A stretch of DNA of 64,000 bases, from positions 296,794,001 through 296,858,000 of the forward strand of contig OZ024740.1 in NCBI GenBank assembly GCA_964016885.1. The letters run 5' to 3'. The translations under genes and the position numbers were made by a program. Positions within the stretch are counted from its first letter, which is position 1. Each line of letters opens with the position of its first letter. The stretch is from Eledone cirrhosa. Its lineage: Eukaryota. Under the pieces are notes generated by a model. The model saw only the letters and a list, made by a program, of their open reading frames with translations. It did not search any database and was not told the origin of the DNA. Below, one piece after another: positions 28,663-42,500 of this stretch.

Positions 28663-30795
28663 AATTAACGAGATTCGTATTTCGGATTAGGAATTAACGA
28701 AAAACAACTTCTGAGATGTGTAGCAAGCGCTCAATGATTCAGATGAACCAGTGCTACAACATACGTTAAAGGCCAAACACACTGAGACGATGGTTAAACA
28801 ATCATCCTAACTGCCATAAAAACGACCAAGTAATTCGTGTCAAACCAATAAAAATATATGTGATTGAAAATTTACCCAGATCCCTGGATGGTTGGTAAAA
28901 TCCAGCATTTGGGTTTCTGCGACTTCTAAATCAAGTACTGTCCGCTTACACAAATAATGTTAGGCTTCTGGTAAGATGTTTGAACAAGGAGGCACTTTTT
29001 CAACAGGTTTTAGTTCGAGTGCTAATTTAAGGAATGACCGTTACCGACGCCACGTGCGACTCGGCAAGGCAGGCAATCCTTATTTTAGGCGGATGAATTC
29101 AGTATGTGTATAAAATTGCAAGAATGCAAAACATCACATATATGTGTGTGTGTGTAAGTGAGTAGCGTGTGTGTGTTTGTTTGTATGTATGAGTTCTGGT
29201 GTCTGCGCGCGTATGTATGTGTGTGTGTGCACGTGTGTGTATCTCGTAGGTATAAGTGTCAATAAGTGAGTTTTTTTGTTTTTTTTATGCGCGGGGACAG
29301 AAATAATCGGACTGGATGCCCGATCGCACAGTTAAACCACTGCGAGTGAGGAACCCCTAGCCCCTGTCAGGGCATTCTTCTAGGAGAAGGCATCTCAGGA
29401 AACTGGGTTAATTCCGACATAAAACATGCGGCTCAGTAGTTACCGATGATGTTGATCTTTTCTTCTTTTGGGGTTATAGCTACTGTCGCTCAGGGAGTCG
29501 GTTTGGCTCAGTGCACAGTCTTTCCTCACTTTAAAAATATTCGTCACGCACAGGCATTGCACGATTGCATTGATTAATAATTATTAATAGTGTATTACTG
29601 GCCTCCTTGACGGAGCTGCAGTCCTGGGTCAGAAAAAGACCGAGGGATAGCGCTTGGAAACTGGAATATCTTCAGGCGCTCACTGTCCTCTGCCAGTTGG
29701 GCACCAGTATCGGTGGAACATCCACCTCGGCGTTCTATAGAGGACTAGTGGAGGGGAAGAGCGACGACGTTCTCGGAGAGATCCTGGGCGTCGAAGAAGA
29801 TCAGCTCTTTGCTCTCTTCCGGAGAACTTTCAGCCCAGGGCCTATGGATAACTTCCAAAAATCCCTGGCCTGGCAGTGCTACCGGGGAGCGCTGCCAGTT
29901 CTTTTTTTCTCTTTATTTATAACTAGCAGTGTATCCCGGCATTGCATGGGTAATAGCACCTCCAATGAGAAACCTTTATTTGTGAGTGCCTGTTAAAAAC
30001 TCATGAAAATATACCGACAGGAAAGTTGTTTTATTTGGAGAAAATTAAGAAGTTGAAAGTACAATTTAGCTGTCTACGTGCATTGTTCATAGCAATATTC
30101 TTGAGCCCTTCTTTTCATACTCCTCTGTTTTGGCCTTTCGGAGTAAATGTGTAAGAGAAATTCACAGGTTAAGTTGGCAGAAGATTCCATGGTCATAGCA
30201 GTAAGGCGTAGGCTACTTACCTCAAAAGTTCATTCGCATTCTTTCCACTAAGTTACTGTTTCTCTCTATCCCTCTCGATGCAGTCCCTTGCGAATTTCTC
30301 ACGTAGGACTGGTGTAGATTTGCACCCAATCCATCTACCCGATGCACATGTCCGCTTTGTATGGCTTTTGGAGGAAGGAGTGACCAGCAGTACGTTTTTC
30401 GGTATTATTACGAAAAGGTGTAGCAGAGAATCACGTGTGAACTAACAGCACGGGAGGAAACTGCTTACCTCGAAGATTCATCCGCCATCGTTCTTGTCAA
30501 TACTCCGTTTAGTTGGTATTTGTTGGTCTACAGTTAAATGAATGGCGCACAAAGGGTCAATGTTTATTGGCAAGAAGTTTTTTTAATAATTGTTTCTACT
30601 TGAGGCACAAGGCGAGCAATTAACCAGTACATTACTGGTACTTTATTTCATCGACCCCGTAAGGATGAAAGGCAAAGTTAACCTCGGCGGGATTTGAATT
30701 CAGACTGTAAAGGGACGTAACTATGCTAGAAAGCATGGCGTCCAACCCTCTACCGATACTGTAATAGAAGACGGGTTAAAGCGATCAATAATGTA

Positions 30796-30828
<33 letters not shown>

Positions 30829-30833
<5 letters not shown>

Positions 30834-31024
30834 ACCCAGTAAGACCCCGACAGTTGAGCTCAAGCCGTTTCGACGGCTAATTCTGGACGTCCAGAATTAG
30901 CCGTCGAAACGGCTTGAGCTCAGCTGTCGGGGTCTTACTGGTTCCTATTACCCACTCTACTATCTCAAGTATTGAGTACTTTGGTGCGTTATGGTCCACC
31001 TGGTTCCTTACCACATTTCCTTCG

Positions 31025-31026
<2 letters not shown>
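30829..31026. mobile_element. Fold-back PLE pLTR fragment in (TA)n: ~60-bp inverted arms plus ~78-bp tail, with the 3' half of a hammerhead
   Basis: Palindrome centred on CTGGAC|GTCCAG (30888/30889). The right arm has GAAA-CGGCT tgagctc AGCTG-TC-GGGG. Absent from the other units. Confidence 0.75.
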
Positions 31027-31063
<37 letters not shown>

Positions 31064-31563
31064 TACATATATATGTGTGTGTATGTATGTATATATATAT
31101 GTGTGTGTGTCTGTATGTATGTATGTGTATGTGTATGTATGTATGTATGTGGATAAGGGAGCTTATAGATAGGACAACACACGCTGTCTTTTCGTGGGGT
31201 AAGTTTTTAATTAATTTTTGTATTCTGAAACATCAAAATACAACAATTTTTTGGTCACTGGACTCGGGAATGTCATGACAGAAGTTTGTGGAAGTTGCAC
31301 AAATATTTTCGTATATTTTACCAGGGCAATCCTTATTTATATTTTACATTTTACATTTACTTACATCTCAATATAACATGGCTAAAAAAATTCAAATTTT
31401 GCAAAGAGAAGAAAACTGAACTACATGCATCTCACTGCACACCCCCCCCCCCCCGCCACCACAATTACGTGTACACTCTCTCCCTACCACCACATTTACA
31501 TTTACACACCCTATCTAGACTAAAGTTACCGACCTGTTGTTCAACACTCTACTCTGTGTTGAA

Positions 31564-31594
<31 letters not shown>

Positions 31595-32115
31595 GTGTAT
31601 GTATATGTGTGTATATACATCACTCAGTCAAACAACCTGATTTCAACCCAAATATCTACAACAACAACACCGGCACTGATGTTTACAGCAACAACAGCTT
31701 CAGAATGAATTGAAATGAACATTTACAACAACCACAGCGGCATCAAACGATAAGAAAAAACAACAAAAAACAAAAAAACTCAAAATATCAAAACACACAC
31801 ACACAACACAACAACAACATCAACTGCCACCACCATCACCACCACCAGCGACCGGGCCTTAAGAAAACAACAAATTTAATAATAATAATTGTTCTGCTTT
31901 TGTGCATTACTGGTGCTCTCTTTTGTTGACTCCGTGGGGATGAAAGGCAAGGTTGACCTCGGCGGGATTTGAGCTCAGAGAGTGGAGAGCCATTGCTTTA
32001 TGCTGTAAAACAATTATAATAATACTGAACTGTAACACGAACGGCTTCAACTATACGAACTCTTGAAAGTCAACAGTTGACATAATCTTGTAATCTTGTA
32101 TCAGTAATGACGGTA

Positions 32116-32150
<35 letters not shown>

Positions 32151-33067
32151 TAAATTAACGAGATTCGTATTTCGGATTAGGAATTAACGAAAAACAACTT
32201 CTGAGATGTGTGGCAAGCGCTCAATGATTCAGATGAACCAGTGCTACAACATACGTTAAAGGCCAAACACACTGAGACGATGGTTAAACAATCATCCTCA
32301 CTGCCATAAAAACGACCAAGTAATTCGGGTCAAACCAATAAAAATATATGTGATTGAAAATTTACCCAGACCCCTGGATGATTTGTAAAATCCAGCATTT
32401 GGGTTTCTGCGACTTCTAAATCAAGTACTGTCCGCTTACACAAATGATGTTAGGCTTCTGGTATGATGTTTGAATAAGGAAGCCACTTTTTCAACAGGTT
32501 TTAGTTCGAGTGCTAATTTAAGGAATGACCGTTACCGACGCCACGTGGGGCTCGGCAAGGGAGGCAATCCTTATTTTAGGCGGATGAATTCAGTATGTGT
32601 ATAAAATTGCAAGAATGCAAAACATCACATATATGTGTGTGTGTGTAAGTGAGTAGCGTGTGTGTGTTTGTTTGTATGTATGAGTGCTGGTGTCTGCGCG
32701 CGTATGTATGTGTGTGTGTGCGCGTGTGTGTATATCGTAGGTATAAGTGTCAATAAGTGAGTTTTTTTGTTTTTTATGCGTGGGGACAGAAATAAACGGA
32801 CTGGATGCCCGATCGCGCAGTTAAACCACTGGGAGTGAGGAACCCCTAGCCCTTGTCAGGGCATTCTTCTAGGAGAAGGCATCTCAGGAAACTGGGTTAA
32901 TTCCGACATAAAACCTGCGGCTCAATAGTTACCGATGATGTTGATCTTTTCTTCTTTTCGGGTTATAGCTACTGTCGCTCAGGGAGTGGGTTTGGCTCAG
33001 TGCACAGTCTTTCTTCACTTTAAAAATATTCGTCACGCACAGGCATTGCACGATTGCATTAATTAAT

Positions 33068-33253
33068 TGTTTCTACTTTTGGCACAAGGCCAGCAATTAC
33101 CCAGTGCATTACTGGTACTTTATTTTATCGACCCCGTAAGGATGAAAGGCAAAGTCAACCTCGGCGGGATTTGAACTCAGATCGTAAAGGGACGTAACTA
33201 TGCTGGAAAGCATGGCGTCCGACCCTCTACCGATACTGCCAATCCACCGCCCT
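33068..33253 (-). mobile_element. Full-length tRNA-derived SINE, private to the last array unit
   Basis: Near-identical reverse complement of 63325-63510. Missing at the equivalent site in other units and at ~47930. Confidence 0.85.
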
Positions 33254-33591
33254 TAATAGTGTATTACTGGTCTCCTTGACGGAGCTGCAGTCCTGGATCA
33301 GAAAAAGACCGAGGGATAGCGCTTGGAAACTGGAATATCTTCAGGCGCTCACTGCCCTTTGCCAGCTGGGCACCAGTATCGGTGGAACATCCACCTCGGC
33401 GTTCTATAGAGGACTAGTGGAGGGGAAGAACGACGACGTTCTCGGAGAGATCCTGGGCGTCGAAGAAGATCAGCTGTTTGCTCTCTTCCGGAGAACTTTC
33501 AGCCCAGGGCCTATGGATAACTTCCAAAAATCCCTGGCCTGTCAGTGCTACCGGGGAGCGCTGCCAGTTCTTTTTTTCTCTTTATTTATAA

Positions 33592-34685
33592 CTAGCAGTG
33601 TATCCCGGCATTGCATGGGTAATAGCACCTCCAATGAGAAACCTTTATTTGTGAGTGCCTTTATTTGTAGCTGTCTACGTGCATTGTTCATAGCAATATT
33701 CTTGAGCCCCTTCTTTTCATACCCCTGTTTTGGCCTTTTGGAATAAATGTGAAAGAGAAATTCACAGGTTAAGTTGGCAGAAGATTCCATGGTCATAGCA
33801 GTAAGGCGTAGGCTACTTACCTCAAAAGTTCATTCGCACTCTTTCCACTAAGTTACTCTTTCTCTCTATCCCTCTCGATGCAGTCCTTTACAAATTTCTC
33901 ACGTAGGCCTGGTGTAGATTTTCACCCAATCCATCTACCCGATGCACATGTCCGCTTTGTATGGCTTTTGGAGGAAGGAGTGACCAGCAGTACGTTGTTC
34001 GGTATTATTACGAAAAGGTGTAGCAGAGAATCACGTGTGAACTAACAGCACGGGAGGAAACTGCTTACCTCGAAGATTCATCCGCCATCGTTCTTGTCAA
34101 TTCTCCGTTTAGTTGGTATTTGTTGGTCTACAGTTAGATGAATGCCGCACAAAGGGTTAATGTTTATTGGCAAGAAATGCAACTGGGCTGGCTTGCCTCG
34201 CTTATATTATATATTAAAATAACAGATTAAAGTTTAAGCATAGAATCGCTGCTTTCACCCTTAACGGGGTCATCTGAAACTAAAAAAATCAATCTGTGAA
34301 CGCAGAAGTAAATATTTCGAAAAACGTTGCCACCGAAGGAAAACAGGAAGACGATACTTTGGTTCGTGAAGACGTTCCCTGGCAATGAAGGGAAATAGCA
34401 AACATAATACGTCATCAATGTTCGTCAGAATGTCGTAATGCAGACAGATAGGCATACAGACAGATATTATAAGAGTGCGACGGAGATGGATAACCGGCGC
34501 CTAACACCCATCTAACAACAGAAAATTGAAAAATAAAAGCTGCAGTTAATATCTTTAGACCGCAAGGAATATATAAATGCAAGTTTAAGAATATATAAAT
34601 ACAATCGGAGTAGAAATGTGGATTTGTATAGACTTTACAAAAATGAGGACACGCACACGGATGACTACAGTTTTCTATATATAGA
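33592..34685 (-). mobile_element. Non-autonomous Helitron (~1.1 kb)
   Basis: Minus strand starts A|TCTATATATAG and ends with the hairpin CCCATGCAATGCCGGG followed by ATACACTG-CTAG|T. This gives 5'-TC, 3'-CTAG, an A|T insertion site and no TSD. Confidence 0.75.
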
Positions 34686-34942
34686 TTATTAGTTGTAGTT
34701 ATATTAATTAATTATTAATTCATTTGTATGTAAGCAAAGTATTATGTAATCTCTCACACTAAAAAAGGGTAAAAATTAATAAAATATATATTTCTAAGAA
34801 ACAGCAAATATATTTTCCCCATAGCTATAGTGACAACTAGTGAGGCAGTCTACTATCTAAACAGCTGCTTGACAACATATCACAGATTTTGAGTTTACTC
34901 TTACCAGTTATCTCATTATTTTGCAGCGTGAAGTTTGAAAAC

Positions 34943-35105
34943 ATGTTGCTCACTGATATTTTTATATTACTTACAATTTTCTGCTGTTCTTTTTATATAC
35001 TACTCAAATATTCGAAATCATTGACAGACTTTAGGCACTTACCATACATGAAAAGTTGGTTGCCTTTAATTGGAGATATACCTAAACTACTTGGAGCAAA
35101 TAAAG
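34943..35105 (+). CDS. Probable first coding exon of a microsomal cytochrome P450
   Basis: MLLTDIFILLTIFCCSFYILLKYSKSLTDFRHLPYMKSWLPLIGDIPKLLGANK has a signal-anchor, basic stretch and P..LPLIG hinge. Acceptor TTTTGCAG ends at 34926, and a phase-1 donor G|GTAAAT follows at 35106. No downstream exon identified. Confidence 0.6.
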
Positions 35106-35748
35106 GTAAATGTTTCACATATTAATTTACTGAATATGTCCATGGAGGTAAATATGTAAACTTCACTCTATCCTCCAGTTAAGCTCTAAGTCAGCACTAA
35201 TTGAACAGACCTCTGTTCAAAATCATTCCAGACATTATCATACCATCTTTTAGTTTAGTCTGCCCACACCTAACTTTGTTTCTCTATAATTTTCTCCATA
35301 ATTCAATTTCTACATACAATTTTCAAAGTGTAGATTATGATTAGTGAATTTTTAAAATTCTTTCATTACCATATATAGTTCCATTTATTAATATTTTCCT
35401 TTACTGAATACTTTCAATTTGTAGTCTAAACATAAACTGGAAAATGTTTTCAGTCATACCTCCCATTATCATTGTGTTAATGAATGATATCATTCTGGAT
35501 AATGTAGTCTTTTCTATAATTATTAATTGTGAAAAATATATTCATAATATTTTTATTTCATCAATATAATCATTATCTTGAAAATGCTAATCAGTTATCA
35601 TGAGCAGTTTTCAGGTTTTAATAAACACTGTTGTGTTTTGTATAGTTTACACTGCATTATCAGAAGTGTATGTAAACACTTTAGTCTGATACAAACCTGA
35701 TACCTTTAGTTGCACAGAGACTGTGACAAACCCATTAATATGTAATGT

Positions 35749-36354
35749 CAGCTAATTTGCCACAGCCTCTGATGAATGTATCACTGATGAATGTATCTCA
35801 GCAAATTTGCCACAGCCTCTGATGAATGTATCTCAGCTAATTTGTCACAGCCTCTGATGAATGAATCACTGATGAATGTATCTCAGGAAATTTGTCACGG
35901 CCTCTGATGAATGTATCACTGATGAATGTATCTCAGCAAATTTGTCACAGCCTCTCATGAATGTATCACTGATGAATGTATCTCAGGAAATTTGTCACAG
36001 CCTCTGATGAATGTATCACTGATGAATGTATCTCAGCAAATTTGTCACAGTCTCTCATGAATGTATCACTGATGAATGTATCTCAGCAAATTTGTCACAG
36101 CCTCTCATGAATGTATCACTGATGAATGTATCTCAGGAAATTTGTCACAGCCTCTGATGAATGTATCACTGATGAATGTATCTCAGCAAATTTGTCACAG
36201 CCTCTGATGAATGTATCACTGATGAATGTATCTCAGCAAATTTGTCACAGCCTCTCATGAATGTATCACTGATGAATGTATCTCAGGAAATTTGTCACAG
36301 CCTCTGATGAATGTATTACTGATGAATGTATCTCAGCAAATTTGTCACAGCCTC
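35749..36354. repeat. 50-bp minisatellite, ~12 copies
   Basis: Unit CAGCAAATTTGTCACAGCCTCTGATGAATGTATCACTGATGAATGTATCT, period 50. Confidence 0.95.
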
Positions 36355-36616
36355 AAAACGTATCTCAGAAATATTAGAAAACACTTTGTTACACATTTGC
36401 TTCATACAACAGATGCTACTGAAAAAGGCAAACCATGTTATTTGATGTTACCCACATGTGTTTGTACAGAATATGGAAATACATTATAATATTTTCCCAC
36501 AAAGCTTTTGCTTTAGTTTCCTACATGTTACACATTTCATGATCAATGAGTTACTATGTATTTCTTTGTCAACCTTTATTATACAACAAATGATTTCTCT
36601 TAGCAAATGGCCGTCA

Positions 36617-37545
36617 ATGATACCTGTATGTGAAGTGTGATGTTTTATGGTAGTGAGATATACAGTCTATGATGTCTGTATGTGAAGTGTTATGTTGTAT
36701 GGTAGTGAGATATACAGTCTATGATGTCTGTATGTGAAGTGTGATGTTGTATGGTAGTAAGACATAGAGTTTATGAGACCTGTATGTGAAGTGTGATGTT
36801 GTATGGTAGTAAGACATAGAGTTTATGATGTCTGTATGAGAAGTGTGATGTTGTATGGTAGTGAGATATACAGTCTATGATGTCTGTATGTGAAGTGTGA
36901 TGTTGTATGGTAGTGAGATATACAGTCTATGATGTCTGTATGTGAAGTGTGATGTTGTATGGTAGTGTAGTAGTGAGATATAAACTCTATGATGTCTGTA
37001 TGTGAAGTGTGATGTTGTATGGTAATGTAGTAGTGAGATATACAGTCTATGATGTCTGTATGTGAAGTGTGATGTTGTATGGTAGTGAGATATACAGTCT
37101 ATGATGTCTGTATGTGAAGTGTGATGTTGTATGGTAATGTAGTAGTGAGATATACAGTCTATGATGTCTGTATGTGAAGTGTGATGTTGTATGGTAGTGA
37201 GATATACAGTCTATGATGTCTGTATGTGAAGTGTGATGTTGTATGGTAGTGAGACATACAGTCTATGATGTCTGTATGTTAAGTGTGATGTTGTATGGTA
37301 GTAAGACATAGAGTTTATGAGACCTGTATGTGAAGTGTGATGTTGTATGGTAGTAAGACATAGAGTTTATGATGTCTGTATGTGAAGTGTGATGGTGTAG
37401 AGTAGTGAAACATGCAGACTATGATGTCTGTATGTGAAGTGTGATGTATGGTAGTGAGATATACAGTCTATGATGTTTGTATGTGAAGTGCGATGATGTA
37501 TGGTAGTGAGACATACATTCTATGCTGTCTGTATGGTAGTAAGAC
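36617..37545 (+). repeat. ~52-bp minisatellite (~17 copies) derived from RTE coding sequence
   Basis: Unit TATGATGTCTGTATGTGAAGTGTGATGTTGTATGGTAGTGAGATATACAGTC encodes SVMLYGSE. Confidence 0.9.
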
Positions 37546-38540
37546 AAAATTGTAAAGGAGGGCTTACCATGAGAGTTACTGTATGCAGACGATCTGGTGT
37601 TAATGGCAGAGAGTGTGGATGGACTGAAAGAAAAGATGAATAGGTGGAAGGAATGTTTGGAGGCAAATGGTTTGAAGGTGACAATTGCAAACAAAGGTGA
37701 TGGTAAGTGCTAAAACATTTAGTGAGATAGAAAATACAAGAATGTGACAGTATGTGGTGTGCAGGAAAGGAATTGGAATGAACTTAATTAAATGTATTAT
37801 AGGCATTGGGTGAATACATAAAACAAATGTGGTGAAGCTATTATTAAATAATATAACAGCTACATTTAAGTGTAAACTGTGTATGGAGGGAGCTACAGAT
37901 ATCCTGCTTGTTATTTGGAATAGTGTAAAGGTAGAAACTGTGAAAACAGTTTGTTACCTTGGAAACATGTTGAATGGAAAAGGAGGATCAGACTTGGCAA
38001 CAACATCGCGATTGAGATGTATATGGAAGAAGTTTTAGGAATTGAGTAGCATGATATTGAAGAGAGGAATGTCTCTGAAACTGAAGGGAAAAGTGTATGC
38101 TGCATGACAAGAAGTTCTATGACTTATAGGAGCAAGACTTGGGTGATGAATGTGGAGCAGCAAAGGAGAGTGGAAGGAATGGAAATAAGAATGGTTTGGT
38201 GGATGTAAAGTATCCCTGAAAGTGAGGAAGATAAACAATGAATAGCAGATAATGATGGGAGTAGAGCCTGTGGTGAATGTTTTTAAGAAAAATGGATTGA
38301 GATGGTTGGATCCGTGTGGAGTAAAGATGGAAATGGCTGGATGAGAAAAATGATTAAAAGGAATTTAGAAGAATGCAGAGAAAGTGGAAGATCAAGAAAA
38401 ATATGGCTGGAGATCTTAGAATAGGAAATAAAAGCCAAGAATTTGATGAAGGGAAATGTAGACCAATAGAGCAAAATATAGAAGATTGCCACGAGGCTAG
38501 CAAGGCTAGTTCATTTTTAGCAGATGAAATGATCTTTAAA
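37546..38540 (+). mobile_element. Degraded RTE-clade LINE 3' fragment
   Basis: GLP*ELLYADDLVLMAESVDGLKEKMNRWKECLEANGLKV, CYLGNML, WKKF, LKLKGKVY. Many stops and frameshifts. Confidence 0.85.
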
Positions 38541-39124
38541 ACACTTTTTTGTTGTATGTAATTTTTGCAATTACACTATTTCTTTCTTAAATATTTTAGC
38601 AGGTCAAAAATATTATACTGAATTGTGAAGGGGGTATGTAATTTCATGTAATCATTGCACAACATTTACTAGGCGGCATAAAAGTTTATATAAGCATGAT
38701 AAAATGTTGTAATTGGCTGTAATTTTACAATCTGTTGGCAACATTTTGAACATGAATTATAAACAATTTCTAATCTCAACATAATCGTCATCATAATATC
38801 TATATATATAAAACTGTTGTTGTCTGTGTGTGTCCTCATTTTTGCAAAGTCTATACAAATCCATATTTCTACTCGGATTGACTTCAAACTTGTATTTATA
38901 TATTCCTTGTGGTCTAAAGATACTAACTGCAGCTTTTATTTTTCAATTTTCTGTTGCTAAAGGGGAGTTAAGTGCCGGTTATCGATCTCCGTCGAGCCCT
39001 TATAATATCTGTCTGTATGTCTGGTTGTCTGCATAACAATATTATGACGAACACGTCACTGCTGACGTATTATCTTCGCTACATTCACACACACACACGC
39101 ACACACACGCACCACACACACACG

Positions 39125-39166
<42 letters not shown>

Positions 39167-39269
39167 AGCACATATACATATATATACACATATACACATA
39201 TAAATATACACATACAAATATATGTATATATACACACACAAATATATATATATATATATATATATACAT

Positions 39270-39532
39270 TTCCTTGAGCAAGACACTTTATTTCACATTG
39301 CTCCAGTTTACTCAGCTGTAGAAATGAGATGATAGGGACTGGGGTCCATATCATCCCACTGCAAAGTGGTCGTGGAGGTGCCACGGCAAAAAAGCAGCAC
39401 CCAGCCCACACAGTAAATGAGGTTGGTGTTAGGAAGGGCATCCAGCTGTAGAAATCAAGCCAGAATCAGTTCCCGTCCCACCCTTGCAAGCAGGGAAAAA
39501 GCGGACGTAAAATGAAATGATGATGATGAATG
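39270..39532 (+). mobile_element. SINE remnant with an RTE-like 3' tail ending in (TGA)n
   Basis: TCCTTGAGCAAGACACTT...CTCAGCTGTAGAAATG body, GTTAGGAAGGGCATCCAGC...GGACGTAAAA tail and GATGATGATG end. Confidence 0.65.
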
Positions 39533-39599
39533 ATACACATGATGGCTGCCCCCTCGTTATCGAGTATGGCCATTGAACGAGAAAAAAAATATATATATA

Positions 39600-42500
39600 T
39601 TAATAACAATAATAATGATTTCATTTATTAGCCACAAGGGCCGATATGTAGGGGAAAATACAAAGACAGGGACAGTGGGGGTTTACAATAAGGTCGAGTA
39701 AAAGTGCACAATGGCAAGACTAATTTAACAATGAAAATATAAAAAATATAAAATAAACTATGCATAAATATAACAAAATAAATTCCCCGATAGGAGGTGG
39801 ACGACTCTGGGGTGACTCGGGTACCCCACCAATCCTGAACGACCCTGCGCTTCTAGGGCACCCAGGGAGAGCACCCCTCTCTTCAAGTTAGCTAGCCTAT
39901 AGGCGCATGGTCAGAGTAGGCCCATTCACACGAGCCATTCTCGCCACATTCACCCACCTTTTAGCAAATGTACTGGGGGGCAGCACTTCTCTCTCCACCC
40001 TCATCTTCCTTTCCAGGTGAAACTTGAAGAAGTTGATGAGGGATTGGCCGAAGAGAAAAGTATCTGTCTTCAGTCCTTTTAACCTGGTCCACCATACAAC
40101 CTCTTTGGCAACTGCCACCAGACAGAGGGACATTTCCTGCTCTTCCTGGCCTGGCGGTGGATCGATCTTCACTATGGACACGGCCGATAGCCGGATTCGT
40201 TCCACACGTGAGAGTAGCTGTTCGACATAACTCCACAAGTCAGTAATGCACGGACATTGGTCAAGTGCGTGCAGAACGGTTTCGTTGTTCTGTGCGCATC
40301 TTGGGCAGGTCCGTCTGACAGCACTTCCGTGCCTGTAGAGTTTATCCCGAACCGGCAGTCCCCCCCCCCTCCCGGTGGCACTACCAAGCGAGGGATTTCT
40401 GGAAATTGTCCATCGTCCCCGGCTCAAAAGTCCTCCGGTACAGACTGGTCAGTTCTACTTCGTCGAGGCCCAAAGCTCCGAGTGCGTCATCGCACTTGCC
40501 CACCACTAATCCTCTATAGAACTCGAGAGTGGAAGTTCCACTGATCGCATTGCCCGCTTGCTAGAGGGCAGTGAGTGCCTGGCAACATTCCAGGTGCCAG
40601 TCACCCAGTCTCGGTCTCTTCTTGACTCAGGACTGCAGTTCAGTCAAAGAAATGAGCTGCAGAAAGGCCCGTCTGATAAACGGCGACCACACCTGTTCAC
40701 CGTTGAGGTAATATATCTGGAGATGTCGCAGCCTCAACGCATGTCTGCGCATCATTAGCCACGGCATGCCCAGCCCTCCGCGTAGAGGGTGCTGGAAGCA
40801 GATGGACCGCCTCCCAACGGAACTTTTCCCCTCCACAAGAATTTGAAGAGGAGCCGTTCCAACTTGACGAGGCGCGGACGGGGCAAGGCACGACGGCCAG
40901 GCGGTAGTAGATGACGGACGCGATGTACGCATTCGCCACCTCCGCGCGACCTTTCAGTGATAGCTTCCCTCCAGCCCATTTTTGGGTGAGACTGGCTACT
41001 CTGCTCGTTACCTCGTCCTAATTCTTTTCCACCTAGAGGTCTGGTCCGAACCAAACGCCGAGCAACGTTACCGGTCCGTCCGTCCAGCGCCCCACGACGC
41101 TGTTGGACGGCATGGGCTTGCCTCTCCAGGTTCCGAGCTGCAAGCCCACCGACTTTTCCGGGTTAAGTTTGGCTCCTGTCAACCTTTCATATTCCTTCAA
41201 TAAGGTGCCGACCACCTCGATTTCTGAGGTGTTCGACACCATCACGGTGATGTCGTCCGCATAAGCTGACACCGCCTTTCCACGTCCCGGTTCGAGCGGG
41301 ATGCCCTGCAACAGCTCCAGCTTCCGCAGTAAAGGCTCGAGAGTCAATACGTACAGAAGGGAAGAGAGAGGACACCCTTGACGGACCGATCGGGAGAGCC
41401 AAAATGGTTCCGAGAGGTGGCCATTAACCTTGACCACCGAGCGTGTGCCGCTGTGCATTGCAGCGATCCAGCTTCTAAAGACAGGGCCGAAACCAGCTGC
41501 TTTGAGGACAAACTTCAGATACCGATGGTCGACCCTATCGAATGCTTTCGATTGATCTAAATTGATCAGTGCCCCACCGAAGCCAGGTTTACACCCTACC
41601 CTCTCTATGATGTTTCGCATGAGGTGCAGATTGTCGTGTATGGACCTGGCTGGGATTGCGCAAGTTTGCGCCTCCCCAACCAAATCCTCGACGACAAGCG
41701 CTAATCTCTTTGCTAACACCTTGGCCAAAATCTTAAACTCTGTGTTGAGCATAGTTATGGGCCTGAAGTTGTCTAATGTATCCCTCTTGTTCTCGTATTT
41801 CCTTATCAGCGTCACCACTCCCCTGCTCACAGAACTGGGAATACTCCCATTCTGCTGTCAGTTGCAGTAGAGTGCTTCGAAAAGTTCGAACAAGTCTGGC
41901 ATATTTACGTAAAGCTCGTAGGGCAGGCCATCCAAACCGGGTAACTTGCGCCTCATGCAGCCGACAAGGGCGTCCTGAATTTCGGCTGAAGTAATCGGCC
42001 TTTCGCAGCGCTCAGCGTCGACCGTCGAGATGCGCGGCAAGCCGTCAAGGTAGGGACTGAAATCTGCTACTCTCTCTGACTCGCCACTCTCCCCGAACAA
42101 CCTAGCAAAGTGCTGGCGAAAGGCCTCACACATCTGCTTGGAATCGCTTATCTCGTGTCCGTCTCGGTCCGCCAAAGACTGAATTGTGGTTTTATTACCA
42201 CGCTGCGCCTCCTCCACGCGGGCCCATCGAACAGCTTTGGTTCCCTCGTTTCTCAGCGCATGCGCCTTAGCTCTGACAATGCAACCTTCGTGTTTGGCAT
42301 TGAAGAAATGGTCTAATGCCATTCTCGCCGCTAGCACGTCAGTTGCAATGCCACTACAAATAGCCTCGTCTAACTTATCTACCAGCTCTCCCTCCTTTCT
42401 ATTTTTCTCTAGCGCTAGTTCTTTGCTGAACTCTATCGAAGTTACTCTAATCTCTCTTTTGAGAGCCCCCACCATCTGTTGTTGATGATCCCCCTGTCAA

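Noticed and set aside
35749-36354. CTGATGA twice per unit plus occasional GAAA..GTC, suggesting a hammerhead array, C/D snoRNAs or CRISPR
   Set aside because: No stem I or II pairing could be found and there are no unique spacers. It is a plain minisatellite.
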